Positions 18,005 through 25,762 of a DNA stretch of 64,000 bases are shown here, piece by piece. The notes under the pieces are model-generated. The model was not told the origin of the DNA, ran no database searches, and saw nothing but the letters and a program-made list of their open reading frames with translations. The first letter of the stretch is position 1. Every line of letters begins with the position of its first letter. The position numbers and the translations under genes are program-made. Source of the stretch: an uncultured Eubacteriales bacterium (GTDB lineage Bacteria; Bacillota; Clostridia; Oscillospirales; Acutalibacteraceae); NCBI GenBank assembly GCA_900315985.1, contig ONBD01000002.1:520-64519 (forward strand), in the 5' to 3' direction.

Positions 18005-18031
18005 GTTTTACTCATTAAGCTGAATTGCTGA

Positions 18032-18205
18032 TTAAACTTTTTCCCATCTGCCGCCGTGTTTTTGAGAACCGTTGGGATTGCTCGGGCATTTACCCGGAAT
18101 TCTTGAAGCAGCATCACCGGAGGGACCTGACGGAGTTGAAGTTGTTGTCGGTGCACCTGCTTTTCCGCACCAAGGACATCTTGGAATGTATCTTGCCATT
18201 GACAT
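18032..18205 (-). CDS. 57-aa Cys/Pro/Ser/Thr/Gly-rich small protein of unknown function
   Basis: MSMARYIPRCPWCGKAGAPTTTSTPSGPSGDAASRIPGKCPSNPNGSQKHGGRWEKV. ATG 18205 lies 6 nt after a near-perfect SD, AAGGAGGTGA (18211-18220). The hairpin at 17976-18004 is downstream. Confidence 0.6.
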   Translation of the reverse strand: MSMARYIPRCPWCGKAGAPTTTSTPSGPSGDAASRIPGKCPSNPNGSQKHGGRWEKV

Positions 18206-18260
18206 ATTTTTCACCTCCTTTTCAGAGTATATATTCATTGTTTTAAAAAATCATAGAGTA

Positions 18261-20090
18261 TTATTTAAGAAACCTGTTTAATTTCTTCTCGGTTTTGTTC
18301 ATAAGGTCTCCGGTTTTATTTAAAAGTTTTTTGCCGGCTTTACTAAACAGCATAGAGCCGCCTTCAGTAATTTTGATGCGCTTTTTTTCAAGGTATTCCT
18401 GAGCTTCGGTAGCTTCTTCAAAGGTAATTCCAAGATTTGGCTCAATATACTCTTTTAAGTCACTAACACATTTTTCATATTGTTCCATGTTTGTTATCAA
18501 TCTGTCTTTGCAAAACTGCAAAGCTCTTTCCTGTGCTGCCTGCGTTCTGTCCTTTGCAGATTTAAAAAGTTTGGTACTGCAAAACTTGCGTTCAAATTCT
18601 TTATGGTATCCGTCAATTGTTTCAAGGTATTTTACTTTTAATTCGGACGAGAATGTGTTTTCAAACAGTTCTTTCTTTTCAAGCAATTCTTTTTCGTAAA
18701 GCAGGGTAGAACTTAAATCTGGCTGACTTATGCTTTGCATAAATTCCTGAATTTTAGGAAGCTCTGCTTTGGCTTCTTGAGCTTTTTCTCTCGTTGTGCA
18801 AAGGAATCCGTCAACAGTGCGAAGTTCCTCATCAATTTTTTGCAGTTTATCATCAAGGTTGTTAATAAGCTCTGCAGAGTATTTGTTATCAACGGACATT
18901 TTCTCAAAATAGGAAACCAAATATGCTCTGACTTGCTTAACTTCTTCTTCGTCGCTGTTATCTTGGACATTCTTTGCAATATAATCTTTAGCATGGTCAA
19001 TAACCCAGTTATCTACCAAATCAAATGCCCATTTTGCATCTTCTTTTGCAAGGAATATGCTTTCGCAATACTTCTCTAATTCTCCTCTGAATTCAATTAT
19101 TTCCTCATCTGTAAAATCTCCGCCTTCCGGCAGGGTTTTTGTTTTTTCTATAACATAGCTTATTGCTTTTTGTAATTTGTAATTTGTATATCCCGAAACA
19201 TCAAAAAATTCAGCTAAGGCGGTAAGATTACCGTCATCGCCGTATTTATCGGCTAAAAACTCATACAAATTGCTGTCATAAGGATTTGTGTCAAAAAGAT
19301 TACGACATATTTCTGGTATTTGCTCGTCGCCAATAAAGCCCGATTTAAGATTTTCAAGTATATTAGATACTTTTTCCTTTTCCTCATCTGTGGGAATTAC
19401 ATTGGTTAAATCAATATCGTCATTTTCGTTATTATTTATTTCGTTGATTACAATGAAAACAAATCTATATGATGCAAATAGAATGCCACGGCTTAATTCG
19501 CTAATTGAGGCGCGGAACTTTCGGTTAAGCTCTTTGTCAGCGGCTTTTTCTTCGTTGCTTTCGGACCAAGCACTTAGAATATTAAGCGCTGCGCCTTCGG
19601 CAAGGTTTAAAGCGCCTGCCTGTAATGAACTCTTTGTGTCGGTACCCGTCCACTTATCACGGTTTTCAATTTGATAGCTGTTTGCTTGACTTTTTTGCTG
19701 CAATGCCTGCATAGTGCTGTCTGCTTCGTTTTTGAATGTGTTATATTGTTCTTCAAAATAATCAAATTGTTTGTTTTTTACAGCAAGTTCATAAATTTTA
19801 TCGCCGTTAATATCAAACATGCCTTGAGAAATGCAGTATGCTTTTACATCGTTGATGGAGTTTTCAACGCTTTTTCTAGCGTCAATTAAAATGTTATCGT
19901 AGGCTTCCTTCCAATCTTTATAGTTTTCGCAGTATTGCGAAAATGTTTGTTGTGATTCTTTTGACAGAACACGAAAACGCTTTTGCAAAGCGCTGTAGAG
20001 ATTTCTTTCCTTAGAAAAGTGCAGCTCGCCGATAGGACTGTCAAAACTGCTTTCAACATATTCGTTTTTTAAAAACTCTTTGTAATTCAT
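18261..20090 (-). CDS. 609-aa hypothetical protein, acidic/lysine-rich and probably all-helical, no recognisable domain
   Basis: Long uninterrupted ORF in AT-rich DNA, SD AAGGGG upstream. I recognise no nucleotide-binding, nuclease, protease or HTH motifs. Confidence 0.7.
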   Translation of the reverse strand: MNYKEFLKNEYVESSFDSPIGELHFSKERNLYSALQKRFRVLSKESQQTFSQYCENYKDWKEAYDNILIDARKSVENSINDVKAYCISQGMFDINGDKIYELAVKNKQFDYFEEQYNTFKNEADSTMQALQQKSQANSYQIENRDKWTGTDTKSSLQAGALNLAEGAALNILSAWSESNEEKAADKELNRKFRASISELSRGILFASYRFVFIVINEINNNENDDIDLTNVIPTDEEKEKVSNILENLKSGFIGDEQIPEICRNLFDTNPYDSNLYEFLADKYGDDGNLTALAEFFDVSGYTNYKLQKAISYVIEKTKTLPEGGDFTDEEIIEFRGELEKYCESIFLAKEDAKWAFDLVDNWVIDHAKDYIAKNVQDNSDEEEVKQVRAYLVSYFEKMSVDNKYSAELINNLDDKLQKIDEELRTVDGFLCTTREKAQEAKAELPKIQEFMQSISQPDLSSTLLYEKELLEKKELFENTFSSELKVKYLETIDGYHKEFERKFCSTKLFKSAKDRTQAAQERALQFCKDRLITNMEQYEKCVSDLKEYIEPNLGITFEEATEAQEYLEKKRIKITEGGSMLFSKAGKKLLNKTGDLMNKTEKKLNRFLK

Positions 20091-20134
20091 TTTTTTACCC
20101 CTTTTTTATTTATTAAAAAGCATTTTTGCTTTAT

Positions 20135-20731
20135 TTATGAAAAAATCTTTTGTAATATATACCATCTGATAAACAATGCAACACATGAAACGAAAACTGC
20201 TAAAATGCTATTAGATTTAATCTTTTCAGTATTTATGTCTGTTTTGATGGAATTCGGATTTCTCAGTAAAATCAAGCCGGCAACAGCTAATGATATTCCG
20301 ATAAGTGTAGAAATCAGACTTCCAATAATAAAAGCTAATTTATTAAGAGTTTGTGCCTTGTTAACTCTGTAATTGTAACGGACGGTCTGATAATTTGCAT
20401 CGTTTCTTCTTTCCAAATAATTATTTAACTCGTTGTTTAAATCTATTCTGTTTTCAGGCTTGACAAAGCTTTTTTCCGTAATGTTGACAATAAAACTGGT
20501 AACCGCAATAACAAGTGCAACGCCTCCGAAAAACCAAAGGAAATGCACAAAGATTCCTGAAAGACCGAATATTATTGCCGCAACAAAAGAAATACGGGAT
20601 ATTTTGCCAAATGAAATCTTTTTATAAATATCGTTTTCTTTGGTGTATCCGCTTTCTATAACTAAAGAATTTGATTTTTCGGCATTTTCGTTTGAAACGG
20701 CGAATACATTATTATTTTCGAGGTTATCCAT
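20135..20731 (-). CDS. 198-aa four-TM membrane protein of unknown function
   Basis: ATG 20731 follows SD AAGGAG (TTTTTTAAGGAGAACATTTATG). Two pairs of hydrophobic helices flank a charged loop. The track start 20815 lies in the leader. Confidence 0.65.
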   Translation of the reverse strand: MDNLENNNVFAVSNENAEKSNSLVIESGYTKENDIYKKISFGKISRISFVAAIIFGLSGIFVHFLWFFGGVALVIAVTSFIVNITEKSFVKPENRIDLNNELNNYLERRNDANYQTVRYNYRVNKAQTLNKLAFIIGSLISTLIGISLAVAGLILLRNPNSIKTDINTEKIKSNSILAVFVSCVALFIRWYILQKIFS

Positions 20732-20744
20732 AAATGTTCTCCTT

Positions 20745-20783
20745 AAAAAACAAAATAAAAAGTGCGCAGCCGAAGCTACGCAC
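20745..20783 (-). promoter_or_regulatory. Terminator-like hairpin inside the 5' leader of the orphan operon (candidate attenuator)
   Basis: Minus strand: GTGCGTAGC-TTCG-GCTGCGCAC then TTTTTATTTTGTTTTTT, ending a few nt before the SD of the 198-aa gene. Confidence 0.4.
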
Positions 20784-20945
20784 AAAAAACGCAAGCTCCA
20801 ACTGTCGCCAAACAATTATACAAATACGCACACCAATACAGCAGCAATATTCGCAGAGCATACATTTTTATCAAAATAAAAAGTATGCTGCTATTATTGG
20901 CGATAATTGCGTATTTATTCATTTGTATAATTATTTGGCATTGTC

Positions 20946-20974
20946 ATTTTAACATTTACATATCAAATAGTCAA
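20946..20974 (-). promoter_or_regulatory. Sigma-A-type promoter for the orphan operon
   Basis: Minus strand: TTGACT (20974-20969), 17-nt spacer, TAAAAT (20951-20946). Implies an approx 200-nt leader. Confidence 0.5.
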
Positions 20975-21029
20975 TAAGAACCTGACTTGTAATTTGCAGG
21001 TCAGAACTTTGCTGTTGCGCAATAAAAAC

Positions 21030-21059
21030 GGGCGATTCGTGAATCGCCCCTACGGATTC
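21030..21059 (+). repeat. REP-like GC-rich palindromic element (hairpin plus CCCTACGG tail)
   Basis: GGGCGATTCGTGAATCGCCCCTACGGATTC. A 28-nt core (21029-21056) is the exact reverse complement of 39307-39334. Confidence 0.8.
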
Positions 21060-21075
21060 GATATAAACTAACCAA

Positions 21076-21112
21076 CACAAAAACCACCCCCCGAAGCACA
21101 CACTTCGGGGGT
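21076..21112 (-). terminator. Intrinsic terminator of the membrane-protein/queH/TVP38 operon
   Basis: Minus strand: ACCCCCGAAG-loop-CTTCGGGGGGT followed by GGTTTTTGTG. Confidence 0.75.
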
Positions 21113-21146
21113 TAATTTGTTTATATCAAAAATACATCAATCTTTT

Positions 21147-21860
21147 TTATGACCTTTTAAGCTTTTTTCTCACAGCTGCGGCGAGCTGTGAAACCTTGGA
21201 GTTGAGTGCGTCACGGTATTTATATAAAATGAACATTGCTATAAAGTCAAGCACAACTATTATTACCATAAACAGATAATCGTGCGACAGTATTTTTCTG
21301 CCGATAGCGCACATCATAAATATCTGCACAGACGAGCCGAAAAATGTTCCGACTATGTATTTGAGCGAAGACATCTTTGTAGCCGCCGCCGCATAGGGTA
21401 TAATTCCGTTAGGCACAAACGGCAGCATAAAGCAGAGCAGAATTGCAACAAATGAATTGCCCTTGCTTAAAAACGCAGAAGCCTTTTCGGTTTTTTCGCC
21501 GTCAAGAAAATCGGATTTGAACCGCCTTGCGAAAAGAAAAATCAGCCAGTTTGCAAACACAAACGAGGTGAGGCAGGCAATAAAGCTTTTTATAAAGCCG
21601 TATGCCATTCCGCCTGCAATTTCAATGGGCGCACCGGGCAGAACGATTGAAATTACCTGAATTGCCTGCAATAAGAACAGATAAATAAGTCCTTTAAGTG
21701 TTCCGCTTTGCATTAAAAAAGTTTGAATCTGTTCTTCGTCGCCGCTTTTCATAGCCTCCCACAATCCGGGTGCCATTGGTATGAACGCCTTGTAAAAAAG
21801 CAATGCCGCCAAAGCAAAGGACACTATGTAAATAATTGCTTTTATATATTTTTTATTCAT
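21147..21860 (-). CDS. TVP38/TMEM64 (DedA-related, VTT-domain) membrane protein
   Basis: Polytopic. ATG 21860 follows SD AAGGAGG; the track start 21935 would overlap queH by 70 nt. Confidence 0.75.
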   Translation of the reverse strand: MNKKYIKAIIYIVSFALAALLFYKAFIPMAPGLWEAMKSGDEEQIQTFLMQSGTLKGLIYLFLLQAIQVISIVLPGAPIEIAGGMAYGFIKSFIACLTSFVFANWLIFLFARRFKSDFLDGEKTEKASAFLSKGNSFVAILLCFMLPFVPNGIIPYAAAATKMSSLKYIVGTFFGSSVQIFMMCAIGRKILSHDYLFMVIIVVLDFIAMFILYKYRDALNSKVSQLAAAVRKKLKRS

Positions 21861-21864
21861 AGCC

Positions 21865-22485
21865 TCAGGTGTCCTCCTTAAACCAGATGGAATACTTACA
21901 TCCGCAATAATTCTGTCTGTAAAGACCAAGCTCATTTGACAGCACGGTTGAGCGTTTGTAGCCCTCTTTTTTCTTGAAATCGGACAAAAGAAATTTCACG
22001 CCGTACTTTTCCTGCGCCTTTAAGCCAAGCTCGTTTAAAAGCTGTGAATTTTTGTGCGGACTTACCGTAAGCGTGGTGCAGAAATAGTCAGCACCTATTT
22101 CCTTTGCCTTTTTTGCCGTTTCTTCAAGCCTTAAAATAAAGCACTGTGTACAGCGTGCGCCGCCCTCTTTTTCGTTATGAAGGTCTTTTACCGCTTCCTC
22201 GAATTTTTCAGGCTCGTAAACAGACGGCAGAATTTCAATTCCCTTTGAAAACTCCTCTGCGCCGAGAAGCTTGTCAAACTGCGCCAATCTTTTTTCGTAT
22301 TCCTCTTTAGGATAGATGTTAGGATTGTAAAAATACAGCTTTAAACAGAAATGCTCTTTTAATCTTTCAAGCACTGCGCTTGAACACGGCGCACAGCAGC
22401 ACTGAAGCAAAAGCACAGGCTTTTGACCTGTGCTTTCTATTTTTTTCAGTTCTTCATCCATTAAAAGCTGAAAATTCTGTTTCAT
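21865..22485 (-). CDS. queH: Epoxyqueuosine reductase QueH (DUF208)
   Basis: LLLQCCCAPCSS motif, later CTQCF and YRQNYCGC, characteristic of QueH. Confidence 0.85.
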   Translation of the reverse strand: MKQNFQLLMDEELKKIESTGQKPVLLLQCCCAPCSSAVLERLKEHFCLKLYFYNPNIYPKEEYEKRLAQFDKLLGAEEFSKGIEILPSVYEPEKFEEAVKDLHNEKEGGARCTQCFILRLEETAKKAKEIGADYFCTTLTVSPHKNSQLLNELGLKAQEKYGVKFLLSDFKKKEGYKRSTVLSNELGLYRQNYCGCKYSIWFKEDT

Positions 22486-23264
22486 TTTGCTGTTTTAAAG
22501 CTGTTACCGGCATAAAGCTCATTGATATTGTTCTTGCCCTTATGTCTGTAGGGGTAAATTCTCAGGGCAATAACTGCTGTCAATGCGCCGATTGTATTAA
22601 GTATAATATCTGCCATGGTATCCATAATAGGCCAGCGAACTTCGAAAACGGGATTGATAAGCGTCTGCTCTTTGGGTGTGCCGAGAGCAGCGGCGAGATT
22701 CCAATGCTGTGCGTCTCCTGCCTTTGCAATACCCTCAATGCCTTCCTTTGCCATAGTGCTTACGCATGAAATCTGGTCAAAGCTGAACTCAAACAGTTCC
22801 CAGCCTGTACCTGCGAGGAACGAAAATCCTATGGCGCAAAGAAGCACAATTGAAATCGGTACGGCAACCTTATCCTTTTTCTGCATGGAATAAACAAGCT
22901 CATAGCCAAAGAAAACACATGCTGCGCCGCCGACAAAGTGAAGAATAACATCCCACCATCTGAAATCATAGTAGAGGTTTAAGAATTTGCCGCCGAAGGA
23001 GGCTGCGAAAATACCTATAATAAGGAAGGTCTGTACGCTGGGTGAAACATGGCGTAAAGAATTTGACTCGGGTAAGAGCATAAAGATTTCCCAGACGAAC
23101 ATGCAAAGGAAGTTTGCGCCTACCTGTAACGGGTCGGTAATATCAAACGGTTTTCTGAAGAAGCCTGCAATAAAGGCGTAAATCATCAAAGCTCTGAAAA
23201 TCCACCACAGAACGAGCTCAAACTTTCTGGGGGTAGTTGTAATTCTCTTAAAATATTCTTTCAT
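22482..23264 (-). CDS. Polytopic membrane protein of unknown function
   Basis: ATG 23264 follows SD GGAGG. About 7 hydrophobic segments. 4-nt overlap with the queH start. Confidence 0.6.
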   Translation of the reverse strand: MKEYFKRITTTPRKFELVLWWIFRALMIYAFIAGFFRKPFDITDPLQVGANFLCMFVWEIFMLLPESNSLRHVSPSVQTFLIIGIFAASFGGKFLNLYYDFRWWDVILHFVGGAACVFFGYELVYSMQKKDKVAVPISIVLLCAIGFSFLAGTGWELFEFSFDQISCVSTMAKEGIEGIAKAGDAQHWNLAAALGTPKEQTLINPVFEVRWPIMDTMADIILNTIGALTAVIALRIYPYRHKGKNNINELYAGNSFKTAK

Positions 23265-23367
23265 TATATCCTCCATTTTCAACACTTGCCGCAGCCCGTG
23301 TTGTTTTGCCCTAACATAATAACACATATTTATAACAAAATAAAGTGTTTTTGTTATTTTTTTAATA

Positions 23368-23400
23368 CACAAAATAAAAGGACAGGGGAGACCTGTCCTT
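23368..23400 (-). terminator. Intrinsic terminator of the pdxK-to-Cys-rich-protein operon
   Basis: Minus strand: AAGGACAGG-loop-CCTGTCCTT followed by TTATTTTGTG. Confidence 0.75.
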
Positions 23401-23443
23401 TAGCTTTTGCCTATTTGTTTTCTGTATTGGCAATGCTCTCAAT

Positions 23444-23668
23444 TCAATCCTTTTTCAGCTTCTCTATAACCTTTTCATAGTTTTCGGGGATGTGCACAAA
23501 AAGGCAGTCGGAGCAATCCTTTATGCCGTTTTTAAGTATTTTGTAATTTCCGCCGCAGTCCGCCTTTAAATACAGCGGACAGTAACAGAAAAGGCAGTTG
23601 AGCTTTTCCGCACCCTTGTGACAGGGGTAAAATTCACATTCTTTATTTTCAAAAAATTTATAACTCAT
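23444..23668 (-). CDS. Cysteine-rich small domain protein (metal-binding, PF04071-like)
   Basis: 74 aa with 10 Cys: ECEFYPCHKG...LNCLFCYCPLY...ADCGG...DCSDCLFVH. Its start is 1 nt from the radical SAM stop. Confidence 0.75.
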   Translation of the reverse strand: MSYKFFENKECEFYPCHKGAEKLNCLFCYCPLYLKADCGGNYKILKNGIKDCSDCLFVHIPENYEKVIEKLKKD

Positions 23669-23669
23669 A

Positions 23670-24284
23670 TCAGTCCGCCGTATACTCTCTTACTCTGAGC
23701 TTAACGCCGACCTCGTCTGCAATTTTCCGACACTCTGCAATGTCCTCTTTCGGTATTACATCAACTACCGAGAATTTAACAGTGACATCATACTTTGTGC
23801 AATCCTTTGCGAATTTAATAATTGCAGGCAGAGCGTCAAGTCCGAATGCCGAGTGGCACAGCCTGTCATACTTTTCGGGTGTGGGTGCGTTGAGTGAAAT
23901 TGAAATAATATCAAACACCTCACAGATTTCCTTTGCCGTAGGTCTTTTGTTGAGCAAATCCGAAAGTCCGTTTGTGTTTATTCTCAGCACGCAGTCGGGG
24001 AGCTTTTTTTTCAGATACTTGGCGCTTTCAATAAGGTTGCTGTAAGCGCAGGACGGCTCGCCGTAGCCGCAGAAAATAATTTCTTTATCGTACTTACTGA
24101 AATCAAAGCTGTCAATAGCCGCTTTGATTTCGTCAAGGCTGGGTGAATGTCCCTCAAACCAGAGCGTATCTGCGTCGCCCACGCTGTCGCCGTTGTTACG
24201 GATGCAGAATTCGCATTTGCACGGGCAGGCATTTGTAATATTAAGGTAGGCATGACCCTCAAAGGTGTAAACTATATCAGCCAT
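23670..24284 (-). CDS. Small radical SAM protein (resembles the TatD-associated radical SAM family)
   Basis: 204 aa. N-terminal YLNITNACPCKCEFCIR (Cx3Cx2C), later IIFCGYGEP. The family call is from memory. Confidence 0.75.
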   Translation of the reverse strand: MADIVYTFEGHAYLNITNACPCKCEFCIRNNGDSVGDADTLWFEGHSPSLDEIKAAIDSFDFSKYDKEIIFCGYGEPSCAYSNLIESAKYLKKKLPDCVLRINTNGLSDLLNKRPTAKEICEVFDIISISLNAPTPEKYDRLCHSAFGLDALPAIIKFAKDCTKYDVTVKFSVVDVIPKEDIAECRKIADEVGVKLRVREYTAD

Positions 24285-24290
24285 ATTTTA

Positions 24291-24827
24291 TCACTCCTTA
24301 AAAAATCTTTTCTTGAATTCTATTTTGTCAAGCGTCGAAGCGGCGATTATAAATATAATCAGACTGCCTGCCGCTTGTATAATGCTGAAGGGTACAGATG
24401 TCCACGCAGTCGGGAAGGTGTATAAAAGCCCCTCGGCAATAAGATAGCCGAAAACCGTAACAAAGCCTGAAATGACACCTGCCACGGCGGACTTCGCACT
24501 CATAATCTTGTTATCTTTTTTATTTTTATACTTTAATACGAGCACAAACACAAGGGCGTTGAGAGCCTTGATAATTGCCGTAAAAGGTGCCCATACGGCA
24601 GAGCCTGCAAGTACATCTGCAAGCGCACCGCCCAAAGCTGCGCAAAAAAGCGAATACGGCGCAGGTATAATGCAGGCGGCAAGGTAGATGATGCTGTCGC
24701 CGAAATGCAGGTAGCCGTTGTTGATGCCCGTATTGAATTTTATGTATGCCGTACTGACGGTAATAATTGCCGTAAAAAGAGCGGCTGACACCGAGTAATA
24801 CAGCTTTTTATTTTTGTAATTACTCAT
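24291..24827 (-). CDS. ECF-transporter substrate-binding (S) component, plausibly vitamin B6-related by context
   Basis: 178 aa, about 6 TM segments, no cognate A/T genes nearby. 8-nt overlap with pdxK. Confidence 0.65.
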   Translation of the reverse strand: MSNYKNKKLYYSVSAALFTAIITVSTAYIKFNTGINNGYLHFGDSIIYLAACIIPAPYSLFCAALGGALADVLAGSAVWAPFTAIIKALNALVFVLVLKYKNKKDNKIMSAKSAVAGVISGFVTVFGYLIAEGLLYTFPTAWTSVPFSIIQAAGSLIIFIIAASTLDKIEFKKRFFKE

Positions 24828-25656
24828 TTATAAGCATCTCCAAATGCTTTTCAAATGCAATTCCGTCATTTCTGTCTGTGCCTTCCTTAACTGTGTCACG
24901 GATTGCCTTTTCAATAAACCTTGTAGCAAGCTCCACAGAATACGCCATGCTCATTCCACGGGTAAGCTCGGCACAGACTATGCTTGCAAAAAGGTCGCCC
25001 GTTCCCGAAAAACTGCCGCCTATAAGCTCAGACTGCGAAACTGAAAAGCTGTCCTTCCCGACGGCAATGTCGCAGACGGTATTGCCCTTTTTAACGCCCG
25101 TTACAATAACGGTTTCAAGGTTTTCGGACAAAAGCGTTCTTGCAGCTTCGGCAATGTATTCAAAGTAGCTGTCCTCTGCGCTTTTAGCTGTGGTGCTTTT
25201 GTAGCTGAGCCTTGCAAGAATACAAAGCTCCGTAAGGTTCGGCGTTATGACATTTGCCTTTTTCGCAAGCCTTATAACCTTTCTGCAAAGCTCCTTTGAA
25301 TATGTTTTATATAATGTACCGTCATCTGCCATAACGGGGTCGACAACTACAAGAGTGCAGTCATTTTTCAGTCTGTCTACTGCTTTCAGAATTATATCTG
25401 CCTGCTCACATGAGGTCATATAGCCCGTAAGAATTGCGTCAAAGCTTTCGCCGCAGGAATACCATTCCTTTAAATAAGCGTCAAGCTCGGCTGTAAGGTC
25501 AATACAATGGTATGAATTATAACCCGTTTGATGCGACAGCACAGCCGTCGGCACGGGACAGCACTGCATACCCAGCGCCGATATTATGGGCAGGGCGGCG
25601 GTAAGCGAGCATTTGCCGAAGCCCGAAATGTCATTTATTACCGCTATTTTCTTCAA
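24820..25656 (-). CDS. pdxK: Pyridoxal/pyridoxine/pyridoxamine kinase
   Basis: Ribokinase-fold PdxK features (ISGFGKCSL, VVVDPVMADDG, GTGDLFAS). TTG 25656 is 6 nt after SD GAGGTG; the track GTG 25665 overlaps the SD. Confidence 0.8.
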   Translation of the reverse strand: MKKIAVINDISGFGKCSLTAALPIISALGMQCCPVPTAVLSHQTGYNSYHCIDLTAELDAYLKEWYSCGESFDAILTGYMTSCEQADIILKAVDRLKNDCTLVVVDPVMADDGTLYKTYSKELCRKVIRLAKKANVITPNLTELCILARLSYKSTTAKSAEDSYFEYIAEAARTLLSENLETVIVTGVKKGNTVCDIAVGKDSFSVSQSELIGGSFSGTGDLFASIVCAELTRGMSMAYSVELATRFIEKAIRDTVKEGTDRNDGIAFEKHLEMLINE

Positions 25657-25762
25657 AACAGTCACCTCACAGCTATTGATTTTTGACTTTTGTTGATTTA
25701 TAATACTACTAAACTGTCATTAAATAAATAGACAAATTTAATTATTTTTAAGGGGTCAGTTT

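Noticed and set aside
18025-18281. Plus-strand ORFs 18025-18246 and 18072-18281 overlapping the small peptide gene
   Set aside because: They have no Shine-Dalgarno, and they would start inside or just after the terminator hairpin of the upstream + unit. The openness of several frames is explained by the locally high GC. Only the minus frame has a perfect SD.
20433-20977. Four plus-strand ORFs (64-79 aa) across the 198-aa gene and its leader
   Set aside because: They are antisense to, or overlap, a minus-strand gene and its promoter/leader. They are AT-rich low-complexity translations with no SD.
25666-25762. Specific MocR/PdxR operator in the pdxK / MocR intergenic region
   Set aside because: Only short, AT-rich reiterations (TTGATTT twice, TGTC/GACA) are visible. 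They are too weak to call without comparative data.
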